A stretch of DNA of 62,941 bases, filler included, from Asterionella formosa (taxonomy: Eukaryota): assembly GCA_002256025.1 (NCBI GenBank). It is 22 parts of 22 records of this genome, joined end to end, with 100 filler letters (N's around TTAATTAATTAA, not from the genome) between each part and the next. Parts side by side here need not be neighbours in the genome. Positions count along the whole stretch, not along the records: positions 1 to 1,166 come from NKIB01003947.1; positions 1,267 to 2,432 come from NKIB01003948.1; positions 2,533 to 21,322 come from NKIB01003949.1; 19 more parts are not named here. The stretch is one strand, 5' to 3'. Of the stretch, positions 1-13,803 are shown piece after piece; positions within the stretch are counted from its first letter, which is position 1; each line of letters opens with the position of its first letter. The notes under the pieces were generated by a model, which was not told the origin of the DNA, did not search any database, and saw only the letters and a program-made list of their open reading frames with translations. A program made the position numbers and the translations under genes.

Positions 1-150
1 GGTGAAAGGCAGAGTAGAAGGCTTGGGCTAGGGATTCGGTGGGGGGAGGAGGCGCAGGGAGCGGCCAGACAGGAGAGTGACTTAATTGCCAGGAGATTAT
101 TCCTGCTTCTAGGGGAGTGGTGATAACCGCAGGAGTGTTGCGGATGATAC
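1..150 (-). mobile_element. Possible non-LTR retrotransposon ORF fragment
   Basis: GC-rich patch. The minus strand reads GIIRNTPAVITTPLEAGIISWQLSHSPVWPLPAPPPPTESLAQAFYSAFH into the contig end, reminiscent of LINE C-terminal regions. Short, with no diagnostic motif. Confidence 0.25.
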
Positions 151-475
151 CTAATTAACAATGTACACAATGCAACAATACAAGTACGTAAGTATTTACT
201 CGCTATATACATCTGAACAACTCGTTTGTGACAATAAATAGTGGCTGTATCTTGCAAACTAAAAACTCAAACAATGCATTTACTCTGTTTGCTTGGTGGT
301 GGCTTTCAGTTCAAAGGTCGTTGTAACTGTGGCTTACAGTTTTTAAGTGGTACTCCCTCCATTCATGTATGTATAGTTGCACCCAAACTTTGCGGCTTGG
401 CTGATCATCATGAAGCACAAGCCCCAATAATTCTCCGGCTAACAGCCCCTAGCATTAAAAATTATTCCGAACCAA

Positions 476-536
476 ATGGTGTGAATCGAACTTGTCACCT
501 CGGTAGGTGAGCTACCAACCAACTAAGCTATTCCCC
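476..536 (-). mobile_element. tRNA-derived SINE-like head (Pol III A/B boxes), copy 1
   Basis: Minus strand GGGGAATAGCTTAGTTGGTTGG...GTTCGATTC: A-box and B-box like, no intact cloverleaf. The 22-nt head is shared with 50200-50272. Confidence 0.55.
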
Positions 537-587
537 ATTTGGTGTATATAATAAATGTTCTAAGTAGTCTAGAATCAGGTGAACCTG

Positions 588-774
588 TGTTGAAATATAT
601 GGCGATAGTCAAGCGCGCTCCAGCACTGCCCTGGAATGACCGGTCAAGATCTTTCTCACGCCGCTCGTTTGCGTATTATTCTGCTATATAAATCCTGTCT
701 ATTTCTGTTTAGACATTCCTCAGACTACATCTAGTCTTCGGACACCTGTCGACATCAACAGCCTAACAGACACA
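588..774 (-). repeat. ~186-bp LTR-like dispersed repeat, copy 1
   Basis: Near-identical reverse complement of 44988-45172; TG...CA termini (TGTGTC...TTTCAACA on the minus strand). No target-site duplication seen. Confidence 0.8.
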
Positions 775-1266
775 CTTTGACAAACCTGAACTCGATTTTT
801 TGGCGCGTTTTCCTTACAATCGTGCCCTGATCGCAATGTTTGTGTTTTGCTCTGGACCCCCCTTTTTCGATGACCCTTCGCTCGTCTCGTGTAGAAAATG
901 CATATTGCTTAAACAGAGGGCTTGTTTTAAAGCCGTGGATCGAGCGGGCCGATTTGAAGAATTGTTGCAACTACGGTATATATGAACAGAGGGAGTACCG
1001 GTACCTAGGTACCTGGTACCTGGTACCGATATTCCAGCGACATATACCGTATTCCGGAAATATGATTAGATTTCATCTGATTTATATGACGTATGAGGTG
1101 ATCATTCATATTTTTGATCATCCTTGCGGCGGGATGATAAACGAGGATCTTTACTGCCCGATATTANNNNNNNNNNNNNNNNNNNNNNNNNNNNNNNNNN
1201 NNNNNNNNNNTTAATTAATTAANNNNNNNNNNNNNNNNNNNNNNNNNNNNNNNNNNNNNNNNNNNN

Positions 1267-1988
1267 ATTCACTAGAATAATGAAGGGATGCTCTTCAACT
1301 TTACCAACATCTGGTGGTTCTGTCCTGGACTGAACAATCGTATTCCGGGAAAGGAACTGTAACTTTCCATCCTCAACCATTCCTGTTTTTATAGTTAAGT
1401 ATTCTTGTTTGGAACAGGAAGCCAACAGCAAGCACGACACCTCATTTTGAACTTACTTTTGAAACCCTTTCTGATTGATGTTGAAACAGCATTCCTTTTT
1501 TCAGACATATTTTTGTTGATGTCACACTTATATGTGAACCAAAATGATTCAAACTCTTCGTCAGTACCATTTCTGAGTGATGGGAAATGATAACGAACAG
1601 CACAAGCAATGCTGTTGGGTTCCCTCATTTCCAAATCATAATCACCTGTGACGAATTTAACTTTTGGAAACAATTCCTCTCTGACCCAGCTAGCCAGAAG
1701 GTTTGTCCAATGTTTGCACCGGCCAATTCCACCTACTACTCCAATTGTTAAACGGTTGTTTTCAGCTGCTAATTCACGTAGGCGCTTGATTTCCTGTGTA
1801 CTCTCAGACAATAGAATTTGGAGTTTATCTCTTTCTTGTTCTGCCGTCAACCTCCCATCTCCTTTGACACTCTCTTCCGATTCATTATACTCCTCAAGTT
1901 GATAATCGTCGTATCCATCCGATGCAGGATTGTCTGGTATGGAGTCTGTATCAGACAACGATGCAGAATTGTGTCGATTGGCCCACAT
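1267..1988 (-). CDS. Hypothetical protein, probably a DNA-transposon accessory ORF (partial, one likely intron)
   Basis: 197-aa ORF with acidic N-terminus, coiled coil and WVREELFPKVKF...FW...EKRNAVSTSIRKGF segment. A GTAAGT donor lies near 1455 and a second frame runs to the contig end. Confidence 0.4.
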
Positions 1989-2915
1989 GGTGGTGGTTTG
2001 GCAAAAGTTAAGTTAACACGTCGTTTGTTAAAACAACAAAATCATTGTGATCTGCTACTAGTGACAGCACTTCTAAGTACTATTGGAGACAATCAATGCT
2101 CGTGATGTGTTGATTCACGGCATACCTACCCGGTACATCTACAACGCCGATTATTGGTACAGCCACCACAAAAAAAACGCTAGTCAAATATGATCACCCA
2201 AATTAAAATTTTGGGTGGCCCACTATGACAAATTGGGCTATATACATAATTTAAGGGTATGATATAAAATATAAAATGTGATGCATCATAGAATATATAT
2301 GATAGGAGTGAACTAAGATATTTTCGACAACTTCCTAAATTTTTTATAAACCCACATAAATTTTGGGGCAAACTAACAATATTTTTTTATGGCCGATCAT
2401 ATAATTTCTGTATCGACAACCGCAATTATTGTNNNNNNNNNNNNNNNNNNNNNNNNNNNNNNNNNNNNNNNNNNNNTTAATTAATTAANNNNNNNNNNNN
2501 NNNNNNNNNNNNNNNNNNNNNNNNNNNNNNNNCTGTTCTATAATGGATGTTGTTTAGCTAGGATTGAGGTTGTAACACTGATTGATGGTCTGGTGACAGA
2601 CCGGCCGGAAATATTCGTCTTGTGTGATGAGCCATTTCGTTTTCATTGGATTTCTTTTCAAGCTCTTAACGGATCGCATACAAACATACTGTGCAATGTA
2701 GATGATGATTCATCGAAGACATGTGATGACTTGAACGACAAATGAAGATTTTATCACAAACACTCGTTCCTCTCGACAAGGCTGGTTTGTTGTTGTTGCA
2801 AGAATCAGAGTGAGGACTGGCAAGGATGATGAGCCAAACCACATTACTTTCATTGGTACATTATCCTACCAAGAAATTTAAATAAAGGAACCTAAAAGAA
2901 CAAATACATATAATA

Positions 2916-3280
2916 ATTAAATTTCCATAGTCAAAAGGGTTACTATTTAAATTACGAGGGCATTTATCAAAATTATTGGATGATATAACGAAAAATTATG
3001 ATCAGATGATCATAATCCTATGATGCATCATGCAAATATGATGGTTTTTATTTGCAGATGGTGTTTGGTCATCACGCTGAGAACCAACAAATGGAACTAA
3101 CATGACATCTGACAATGTATATGCTGCATCACCAACATTAATTTCCATAGTCAAAAGTGTTACTATTTAAATGACGAGGGCATTTATCAAAATTATTAGA
3201 TGATAAAACGAAAAATTATGATCAGATGATCGTAATCCTATGATGCATCATGGATATATGATGGTTTTTATTTGCAGACG
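2916..3280 (+). repeat. Direct duplication of a ~144-bp AT-rich unit
   Basis: TTTCCATAGTCAAAAG...TTTTTATTTGCAGA occurs at ~2916-3060 and ~3137-3280 with few substitutions, just upstream of a transposase remnant. Confidence 0.9.
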
Positions 3281-3315
3281 ATAGTTATTGAATTAGAAAC
3301 TTTAAAGGCAGCCAA

Positions 3316-4200
3316 ATGAAAAACAAACTACCATATGGTGCAAAATCGAACCATTTTTACCTTCATCAGGCGGGAAAGGCAACTCATTCAATAGTTCAAT
3401 TACTTGCTACCATCACACTAAAGGATTCAAAGTTGTTGGCAACACAAACCTCATCATTTTTTACCCTGACAGCAAATTCAAGTATTAATATCCATGTCCC
3501 AGTTGAAACATTCATGAGTAGTGATGGTGCAAGTGTTGCAAGGGTGAGAAATAATGAAGTACAAGAAGCAAAAGTGATGACAGGCCACCACATGCCTATC
3601 TTTTGCTGCTACTCCAAAAGTGAACGCATCACTGAGGAGTTGTTTGTGCAAATGCTAAAGACTGTCAACAGAATCGGAGTTTTCGACCAAACCGATGGAG
3701 TCCCACCCTTTCTTATCCTCGATGGCCATGGTTACAGATTCGACCTACTGTTCCTGCAATACATCAACAAAGCTGCAACGAAATGGAACATCTGCATTGG
3801 GGTGCCGTATGGCACATCACACTGGCAAGTCAGGGACAGTGCAGAACAAAATGGTTCATTTAAAATAGCACTCACGAAATGCAAGAGAGACTTACTCACT
3901 CAAAAGGAAAGGCGCCATGCTGCACTTGTTGTTGAAAAGGATGACATTGTTGATCTGGTGTTGAAAGCTTGGGATGAATCCTTTGCTTGTATCGCTACAA
4001 ACCAAAAGCTGTTGCTGCACAAGGTTGGGGTGAATTGAGCTGCAACTTTTTGCTCCATCTGGAAATTCAACTGACAAGTACCTCAAATCTCCAAACAGAA
4101 GCAAACAATAATCAACCCACCGCTTTGATTCCCCCATCTGGACTAAAAATTTGAGAAATGAAATCACTGGAACCCTCGTTGATCAGGTCTTTATTACAAG
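3316..4200 (+). pseudogene. DDE_1 (pogo/Tc5/Fot1-like) transposase remnant
   Basis: PFLILDGHGYRF...IGVPYGTSHWQVRDSAEQNGSFK resembles the DDE_1 catalytic region. A frameshift near 4005 continues as KAVAAQGWGELSCNFLLHLEIQ. Confidence 0.75.
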
Positions 4201-4635
4201 TATGGTAAATGTTAATCAATAGCTTTGAGCCACTTTGACCGGTTTTGTCATTTTTAATATGGATAGATCTCAGTTAATAAATGTTCAAGTAAAAATGATC
4301 TAATTATCATGTAGCCTTTTAACTGGCGAAAGAGGGTATCGATTTTAGCATAAACCCAGAATTAGTCGAAAAACAATATAATAAAATGGCTAAAAGCCAT
4401 TCATAACCGGTATGATGACTGCAATACACCAGTTCTGAGTAAATTATATCTTACATCATCACACATCAGCCAACGTTTAGGATATTGTTTCATTGACTAA
4501 CTAATGTTACCCATTTAACTGAAAAGGAACACAACCACAAAATTTCTTGATGAGGAGAAGCTGCTTCTAGTCTTGTGTAGAAATGGGAATAAGCGAAACT
4601 CCGATGAATACTATTATTTAGTCCAACCAATTCAT

Positions 4636-7600
4636 TTATTCTTTCTTTCCTCGTTTGGCAGCCTTCGCGAGGCTGCTGCTCGAATTGATACGGGATATAG
4701 CATCAACATTCTTCTTGGCAGCAGGGGAAGACAGCCCTGAATTTTGGGGTGAAAAAAGCCTTCGACTTCCTCCGCCTGCAGCCGCAGCAGCAGCCAGGGA
4801 GGAGTTTGGAGTAGACTTTGGTTGGAGCGTTCGACTGGGTCGCCTTCCGCCACTGAAGGATGCGTACACTGTCGAGATGGCAGGAGGTCTTCCCTTCCAA
4901 TGATGATGCATACGTCCTTGATGGTTCTTGCTGCGGGCTTGCTTTGACTCTCCGCGAGCACTCCTGGGCAAGGCGGGCCACTCCTCCTCTGATACTGTAG
5001 ACCCTCCAATCGACATATTCTCCATTGATGTAGATCTTGAAATTGAAGGACTTTGAATTGCGACATGGCCAGTTCCCAGCACACTCCTTCGATTCAACTG
5101 CCGGAATGTGGCCCTTTCCATAATGTGTTCTGCTTGGGTCATGGTAGGTCCCTTTGTAATGACTGCTTGCAGCTTTTCGAGCTCGCGCTTCAAGCGGACA
5201 ATTTCGGCACCGTGTTGCTTGTCACGTCCTAGAATTGCTTCCTCCTGTCTCTGCAATTCATTCTCATAACGTAAAGTGTCAATCTTCACTTTTTGGGCAA
5301 GACTGGTAATCTTATTTTTCTGCTCGACAACTTGAACGTTCAATTTCATGTTCTGTTGGCTCATTCTGTTCCAATTTTGTTTCAAAGCTTCATGTGATGC
5401 TTCCACTGACTCCTTGTGCATTTGCAAGGTCTGGTGGTCGTGCTTGAGCGTGGTAAGGTCAGTACGAAGCAAGTAGTTCATACTCTTTAGCTTGAATACT
5501 TCTTTGCGAAAGTATTCGAGCATCTCATTACTCTCGTCGATCAAGGCCTGCTGTTGTGCAAGTGGAACTCCATCAGATTTCTTTTCATCGTCAGAATCGA
5601 CGAGAGAATCAGCTTGAAGGGTTGGGGCTTTTCCTAAAGCAACGCCTTCTGCCCTCTTTTCAGCTTCTAGCCTCATCTTATCTGCTTGGAACCACTTCAT
5701 TTCCGCATCGTGCAATCGCTTCTGCAACGCTGCTAGCTTAGTATTCACTCTAGCCTCTTCTTCGGCATCCTTCAGAGCTTGGCGATATTTTGGACGTTGA
5801 ATAGCCCCACGAACAATCTTCTCAATAATTGTAGAAGCCGCAATGCTCGCCTTAAGCATTTTAACGGCAACAACTGATCGCCACTTAGATTGAATTTCAA
5901 TGGATGCCTTTTGACGTTGTAAGCGACGACGTTCTCTCTTGGCAAAAACACACCTAATCCAACACTCAATGGTGAGACCAGCTGCCTTTTCTCGGAGGAA
6001 CTTTTTCCTACCAAGTGTACGTCTAGCGTTAGCTTGCGAGTCCACAGCAGAATCTCTGAGTTTCCAGTAAATCGACCTGGCTGTGAAACCCCGAGCAATT
6101 CGTTCAATAGCAGTCGCCAACACGCCAAGTGCAACGAGGCGCTTGGCTTCCAAGAATTCAAGAGCACCAGTACGGAAATACACCCTACTTCTACCACATT
6201 CAAAGGCCTTCACCGTGGTTCCATTGTCGCTCGTTACTTCTAGCTGCTTGAGAAGCACACTCAAAACGCGGCTCACGGCTTCACGATAGCCAGTAACGTC
6301 GTTTTCGCTTAGTTCCTTCTTTTCATCTGCAAACTTTTGAAGACTCACATCTGACAAACAATTAAAACGTTCCAAGGCCGTTTCGTGCATGAGCCTATTG
6401 GGAAAGGCAACTCGTGAAATGGTTACGGCCGCGACAACACCTGCACATCGAAGCTGCTCAGCAGACGAATACATGTTCATTTTCATTGGTACTTTTTCTG
6501 GGTTGGGCTTGATGCAACGAATATACCGCGTCTTGGTTTTGGACACGTCGTGCATGAGTGTTACCAGCTGAGCCTTGAATTTGGTAGCCACAGTCAACGT
6601 TGCCGCTCCTCGTTTGGAAGTCTTTTCTTCTTTCCTATCAGCAGCAGCCTGAAGTTCAACTCTTATTAATTCGTTTGTACTAGACGAAGCGCATTCGAGC
6701 AAGTCCTTGGGCAGAGCATCCGTATTCTTTTGTACAAAGTTGGTTGAATCGTACGTGACAGGTCCAGCATAATGCTGAATTCCAAATTCAGTCGGTTTAT
6801 GCAGTTTCTCACTGAGAAGGCAAGTAATATCCTTGCTGACAGTCTTGACCTTGGACACAAAGGCAACATCGTTACCCTTGGGACGTACGCACTCTTCGTT
6901 CAATACAGAAATGATACCAATCTTTCCTTCAATTAACCGCAAGACTTCGGCGTTGTCCTCAAACGATATTTCCCCGAGCTCAATACCTTCATGCGAGTAC
7001 TCATCTTGCACGGATCTGAAAATGTCCTGAGTATATTTTTGCTGCAGCTTTTCATTGGTGTAATTGATGCACAGCTGTTCAAATCGGTTGACCTCAAAGG
7101 ACTCAAAGCCGAAAATATCCAAGAGTCCAATTAATCCATATTCATCAACATCAGCAGCATCTTTGTAGTTGGCTTCTGCGCAAGTAACAGCATTGACCTC
7201 TCGAACCAGCCAATCAAATACTTGCTGATAAATCTCCTTGGCGAAGGCATCACATCCATCTTGCGCATCACTTGCCTTCATTGGCACTTTGTATGACTCT
7301 TTTCCAGCCACGACAGTTCGATGGGTCAAGGAGCTTTCCAAAAATTCCTTTTGTATCCCCATGAGTTCCGACAAGATTTTCAATTGATCACTCGATGTGA
7401 TCACTGATTTTTCTCCGTCACTCGGATCCGCCTCCACCACTAAATTTCCCAATTGCAAGACAACACAAACTGCCGAAAATAAGGTTCTCAACTTGTCTCC
7501 CTTAATCTCCAACACTGTCAAAGCCTTGTGCGTCACAGCGAATCGCTCTGCATCTGTCTTGCCTTCAATCGTGACCGTGTCGGTATGCCCTACATACCGA

Positions 7601-8152
7601 AAGTCCTGCGGTCCCTTGTCCACCAATCCACTCCAAAACTCTCGCTTGGTTTCATTTGGAGCATTCAAGAGTTGATAAAAAATATGATAGGTCCTCTCCT
7701 CTATTTCATGCCCCACAACTCTCGATTTTTCCAGCAAGTACGTTTCACACGTACTTCCTGCCAAAACACAATTGGGCACAGCTCGTCCCGAAAAGGCAGC
7801 CGTGGTGGCATCTTCCACATCAAATTGCATTTGAATAAACTTTCCAAACCGACTTGAATTGTCATTCCGGACTGTCTTGGCATTTCCAAATGCTTCTAAC
7901 AATGGATGCGAGTCCAGGACTCGTTGAACGACCAAGTGATGCTTCTTATCTGGTTCATCTGCACCATGCTGGACACTGGCCAAATGGGACATGACAATTT
8001 TGACCGTTTCCGTCTTTCCAGCTCCTGATTCTCCAGACACTAGAATGGATTGATGCTTGCCATCCACTGTAAGCCCTCGATAGGCTAGACAGGATGTTTC
8101 ATAAACATGAGGTGCAAGATTAGCTCTACAATCACCACCAGAAGTGTTGACT

Positions 8153-8186
<34 letters not shown>

Positions 8187-8813
8187 TATTTTGTGTGTGC
8201 GAGAGAGAGTGAGACATTCTTGTATATGTAAATAAATAAACAAACACTTTTTTGCTGGAACCCTCGATGAACGTACCATTGTAAATTAATTGCGACACGT
8301 ATCGATCTCTAACACTGTCACTGTATAGTTCCTTCATCCACTGAAAGGGATTGACAGCGATAATCAAGTCACCAACTCGCGTGTAGGGTTTTTTGTTCAG
8401 GTGCCTTGATCTGAGATTGTAGAGAATGGCAGCCTATAATGGATGGATGGATGGTAGGGAGGGGGTGCAAAACCAAAAATATGAATCAGTGAAATAGTAG
8501 AAAATCAATCCATATTGTATGAATATATGTAGTAGCAAGAACAGCAAGAAGAGCAGGCAAAACGTACCTCATGTAGGGAGGGGAGGTCCACCATATCCGC
8601 CATTTCCATCAAGTGTCCTGATGGGTCCACATTTTGAAGCGGCAACGCCTTGCTCGAATAGTCCCCGAGTGAAATCTCTCGGACAGTCCCCTCCTCGGTC
8701 CCCCCTTCCACTGGAAAGACCTTGACTTGTACCTTGTCTCCATGTTGGCTCAGGATGGTGGCAGGCAGCCAGGCTTCTGTCTTGTCCTTGACGTAGACAC
8801 AGGAATCTGACAT
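4636..8813 (-). CDS. Myosin heavy chain (motor, IQ-like neck, coiled-coil tail); 3 exons 8813-8568, 8433-8277, 8150-4636
   Basis: P-loop GESGAGKT, switch I NDNSSRFGK, switch II LLDIFGFE and YIRCIKPN. Two GT-AG introns (8567-8434, 8276-8151) join in frame as DLPSLHE/AAILYNL...LIYN/VNTSGG. Confidence 0.97.
8155..8185 (+). repeat. G31 homopolymer (poly-C tract at the 3' end of myosin intron 2)
   Basis: Run of 31 G just upstream (minus-strand sense) of the CAG acceptor at 8153-8151. Confidence 0.9.
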
Positions 8814-10859
8814 TTTGCTTCCAAACTGTTCAGCTGCTGCTTCTGCTGCTTCTGTATCTTGTTATTATTGTAATAATAATAATAAAAATAATTATTATTA
8901 TATTGAAATAAAACTGATGAACTAAATTAATATGGCTGACAGCTCGCTCTCCTTGTTACTCTCTCACTCACTCACTCACTTACTGCAAGAACCAACCCTG
9001 AATCTAACAATAACAACAACACACTAATAAATAGTATGGAACCACAGGAACGATCGGATGCTACGACTATTCGACACGAGTCTAATCCGTGACGAAAGGA
9101 AGCGATGGCGTTGTGGAAACAGATCAGATCAGATCAGAATCAGCACAAGGAGTGTTGTGTTGTGTGTGGTTGTGTGATGCGTTCACCTGCGTCGTTTGCG
9201 ATTGGTTGTGGTTGTGGTTGAATAACAGGTACCAGTACCCCGGTACTTGGGGTAGCTAGCGGTAGGTTGGTTGGATCTCAAACCTGTCTACCCGGTAGAA
9301 GGCAATCGAAATATTAGGTAGGTGATGATGATTGTGCCGGTATGTACTCTACTCGTATGATAGGTACCTGGTACTGGTACACCAGGCTACAGCAGGAAGG
9401 AATGCTCCTTTCTGTCGAACGACTCTTTTTGCAGTCTTGTGTGTGCGCTGTGCATTATCCACTTTCGGATACAGCTCGTTCATAGTTACTACCGGTAGAC
9501 TACTCCAGTAGTAACTACCTGGTAGCATACGTACCGGTAGCTGTTGTGGCGGCAACGTCAGACGAGAGCGCTGGCCTCGTGTGAATCGAGTTTGCTTGAC
9601 CAACGCTCATCCGTGTGTACGACCAGGAGCACATAGATACATTTCGATGAAGGCATGATTTGTTGTTGTTTGTCAAAACGCATCCCTCGTCCTAAAATAA
9701 GAATATGATTATGACACACCTGTAGCACCGGTTGGTTGTGCAGGTACGATAGTGTACTGTAGTAGGATCAGGTCCATCAAAACTGTCGCTCAGCATCGTC
9801 CATGGCGCCAAGCAACCCCACCTGCACGCGACAAGGGTTTCTTGTTTGAATGATGCATGAGATTCCAAAGCTCCTGATGGTCGTGCTGCCTTGTTTGCTC
9901 GCGTCAACGTTGGCTGTACCTGGTATAATACTGGTACTAGGGTACCAGGTACTGGTTATCTCATGGTACTCCGAGGAGTAATACCGGTAGCTAACCCGGT
10001 AAACCGGTCCAAGTTCCAGGTAGTATGTACTCTACATGGTACCAGTACAAGGGTCCCTACCAGGTGCTGTGTGATCATCATGGGCTACTCACTTCATAGC
10101 GAACGCCGTGGTACGTAAAAAACATTGACGATGAGAAAATAGTAGAGCACCAGTTGCTTTATTATGACGTTATTTATACACCGATATTCAGAAAGGTATA
10201 TTTGTTGACAGGGCTTAAAGTTATATCCATACATGTATTAAATGAAAACGGCTGCTATCGCTACCGTTTCAGCAACGGTTCAATTTCACCGCCAAAATAG
10301 ATGCACAATAGTGATATTGTATATACATTGATGTAGTTATTTCACGTCATGTCCACCTAAAAATGTGTATATTAAACATTGCTTGATGATTCACAAGTCG
10401 CTGGTAAAAAAATGATAAAAAGTATAAAATTGGTGTTGGGTATAAAACATTAATATGTAAATGTTTGGAGCATTGCATCTGTGTATGTAGGACAAAATAT
10501 ATACCGGTATATATAGTTTTCATTTCGTCCACACTCTCTCGGACCTGTGGGTCAACTGTCTCCTTTTCTTATTATCTTCGATCCACCACAACACCTTTAC
10601 AATCCATTGATTCGCTCCTCCCGAACGTACACGCCTTTGAGATTGGTGATTGCTTGAGCGCAACGAAGCAGCGATTTCAGTTCAGTTCAGTTCAAATAAG
10701 TTCAGTTCAAATCAGAGCATTGGACTTGCTTCATCTTATTTTGTCATTTCAAAAAAGACTACAAGTATTCGACGGGGCATACCTGGTACTTTGCTTAAAG
10801 GACACTCACTACCGGCATATCAATTATCTACAGTAGGATAGTGCCAAGGACACTCAGCC

Positions 10860-13347
10860 ATGGGAGCTTCAGCATCACGAGAAAAGTTTCGGGAATCTGT
10901 GGCGGCCTTGGTCAATTCCGACGTGAGTGCCGACAATGCGGAATTCTGGGACGAACTATGGAAGATCCCCAGCAGTCCCGAGGAAGTCTTTGAGTTGATC
11001 TCTCCCCGAGCGGCGAGAAAGCTGAGAGATGAAAAATTTGATAATTTGGCCACGCTCTTTACTCAAGCCACGGCGCAATTGTGTCAAATCGTGGAGACGC
11101 CCTATAATATTTACTTTGATCAGGCCTTGAATTGCGTTCGAGTCTTGACCAGAATTTTACCGTTTTTGTTGGAAAAGGGTACGTTCACAAGGGAGTTTGA
11201 TATAGTGTTTGTGCTATTGTTACATCATTTGTGCCACCACCACACCCTTGCGTGGGAATATATATGCACCTGTCCACGCTTTGCTAACACATTGTGATGA
11301 TCATGGGAAAACAATAGGCGATCTAGGTGACCCAGACGAAAACGTGGAACACCTGTGCTGGGGAACTGGAGCCTCTCCAATCCCAGGAGATGAAAGGATT
11401 GGTCTAGTCGTTGGCGACGAGTCGGCATCCATACCATCCATGCAAAATAAGTACGATGATGATCAAGAACCCCTGGCCTTGTTGGTGGTTCATGCCGCCA
11501 TGCACATGTTGTTTTTGCCACAGTTTACCTGTGATTTTTACGAAGACAAGGAACCCAAAAAGGTATCTCGTAGGGGATATACTAAGGAAGACAAGGAAAT
11601 GCAAGTATACGCTGGACTTACATTCAAGACGGTGGAAGAAGGAGTTCTCTTGTTGGCCAAACCAGCAAGTGTAGTTTGGGCACCTGGATGTGGAGTGGAG
11701 AAAGGACAACTTGGCTTTGATGCGAGCACCCGCAAATACGACAAAAACCGCATTGAAGTCTTGAGATTGTTGTTAAGTGCATGCTGTGATCCACTCTTTT
11801 CACCAGCCGATGAATACAACCCATTGGCATCACGTTGGCTGGCCGTTGCTGTTGCTGCGGACTCGCCTAATGCCATTTGCCTCTTTTATTCATTATTGAA
11901 TACTGTCTTGACATATGACCCCAATGGTACCGTACCATACAGTGGATCGTTTGCCAGTGACAATCACGTCAAATTGGTGGAGCTGAGTGCCCAAATGCTG
12001 TGTGTCTTGTTGGATTGTGGACTTCCTGGATCTCCCGAAATCGTCAACAATGCTCATGGGGAACCCATTGTTGAGTTTAGCCTTGCATCCAGAGGAGGCT
12101 TCAACATCTTTCGAACGTTGCTGGCTCGCATGGACTCGACAAAAGAACTTACGTTCGTTTTCAATGGCTTTGCACGTCTACTGAAGAATGTCTATCAGAG
12201 CAAAAATACCTACTTGCCCAATTCGACGGTCAAACTTGAATGCTTTCAAGAATTGCTTGTACTCTTATGGAAGATTCTCGAGGAGAATCCCATCTTTATG
12301 AGTCATATCCTCACAAAGTGCAATATTAATCAAGTTATTGTTCCCATCTGTTACTTGATGTATCAGTCTCGCCGTGATCCATCACAGATTGGCCTGGTTC
12401 ATATCTGTACTTTTGTGTTGCTCAAATTGAGTGGTGAAAGATCTTTTGGTGTCACCCTCAATAAGCCATTTACAGAGAAGCTTCCTTGTGATTTGCCACT
12501 CTTTTCGGGTGGACATGCTGACTTGCTGGCAATTACTCTTCATAAGTTGGTTGTGAATGGCGCTTACAAGTTGGTACCTCTTTACTCGTGCTTTCTCACG
12601 ATTATTTGCAACGTTTCTCCTTATTGGAGAAAAATGTCATTGGTTGCAGCTGTCAAGTTAGTCAATCTTTTTGAGTTGTTCTCCTCTCCCAAGTTCTTAT
12701 ACTCAGGTGAGAATGCACATCGCCATTTGGCATTGCTCTTGGAAGTGTTCAACAATATCGTTCAGTACCAATTCACCGGGAACCACCATTTGGTATATGC
12801 AATCATCCGACGAAAGGATTCCTTTGGACGACTTGCATCCTTGACACTTGAGAAGGCCCAGTCACAGTGCCACGCGGTCTATGGGGACCACACAAGTGTC
12901 CTTCCGGATGCCGATAGGCCTCCTATTGGCACTGTGACCATGAATGCGACTGGGAATCAGGTTGGAGACGGCTTGACGGAAGATGTTGGTGGTCCCTTTT
13001 CGCCAACAGAAGAATGGTTGCAAGACATGAAGGCATCGCTTCCACTGGAGACGGTCACTCGCCTTTTGCAGCACTTGGTCCCTGTCGTAGACGAGATTGT
13101 TGCCAGGAAACAAGGTGTGGTGGACGAACAAGAAATCTTGGAAGTCCTAAAGGATGTGACCATGGTGGGCTTGTTGCCTGTTCCTCACGCAATTGTCATT
13201 CGAAAGTACCAACCCAACCAATTTACGGCCTTGTGGTTTACAGCATTCATGTGGGGTGTTATATTCTTACGTAATCAGGGTCTGCCCATGTTTGATGGAC
13301 AGGCAATTGAACTGTTTCAAGTTTCTGTTCAAGAAGATGATGAGTAA
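10860..13347 (+). CDS. HID1: HID1/Ecm30 family Golgi protein; exons 10860-11178 and ~11318-13347
   Basis: N-myristoylation-type start MGASAS; ALNCVRVLTRILPFLLE, FVLLKLSGERSFG, LLEVFNNIVQYQF and LLPVPHAIVIRKYQPN match HID1. The intron has a GTACGT donor, GCTAAC branch point and TAG acceptor (alternative in-frame acceptor at 11326). Confidence 0.93.
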
Positions 13348-13803
13348 AAAAGTGGGAACGAGTGTTAGTTTTGATTTTATTATATTTTCACCTCTGTAGT
13401 GCAGCTGTGTGGCGTTCATTGGAAAAGTTATGATTCAATGAAAATTTCTCTAGTTGTCAACCACTCGCTGATGGCTCATCCGTATCATAAAAAATCTATT
13501 TAGCCGTAAGACTTTCTGATGTTTTTAGGTATGTTAATGTTCACGGAGTTGAAAAATGATGAATACCATGAGCTAAAGTCTACAATAAGAAGTCTATATG
13601 TAGTGCCTTGTTGGCAAGATAGTAAATTTGAATTACCATATCGTGTACAGTACAGAAAAAAGGACCTTCAGGGCTGTCCTCGCTGGAGTGAGAGCGATGA
13701 ACATTGAAGCTACTTAATTGTAAGAAAGAATCAACACGATTGATAGGAGTGGCTACAATTGGCCACACCGTATTGTCTCCAATCTTATCATTATCTAATG
13801 TAA

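Noticed and set aside
1167..1266. Regularly spaced TTAATTAATTAA repeats as a CRISPR-like or biological array
   Set aside because: Always embedded in N-runs; a synthetic six-frame-stop linker.
8151..8276. Poly-proline insert in the myosin head, as shown in the ORF track
   Set aside because: Lies within a GT-AG intron; splicing restores a normal motor sequence.
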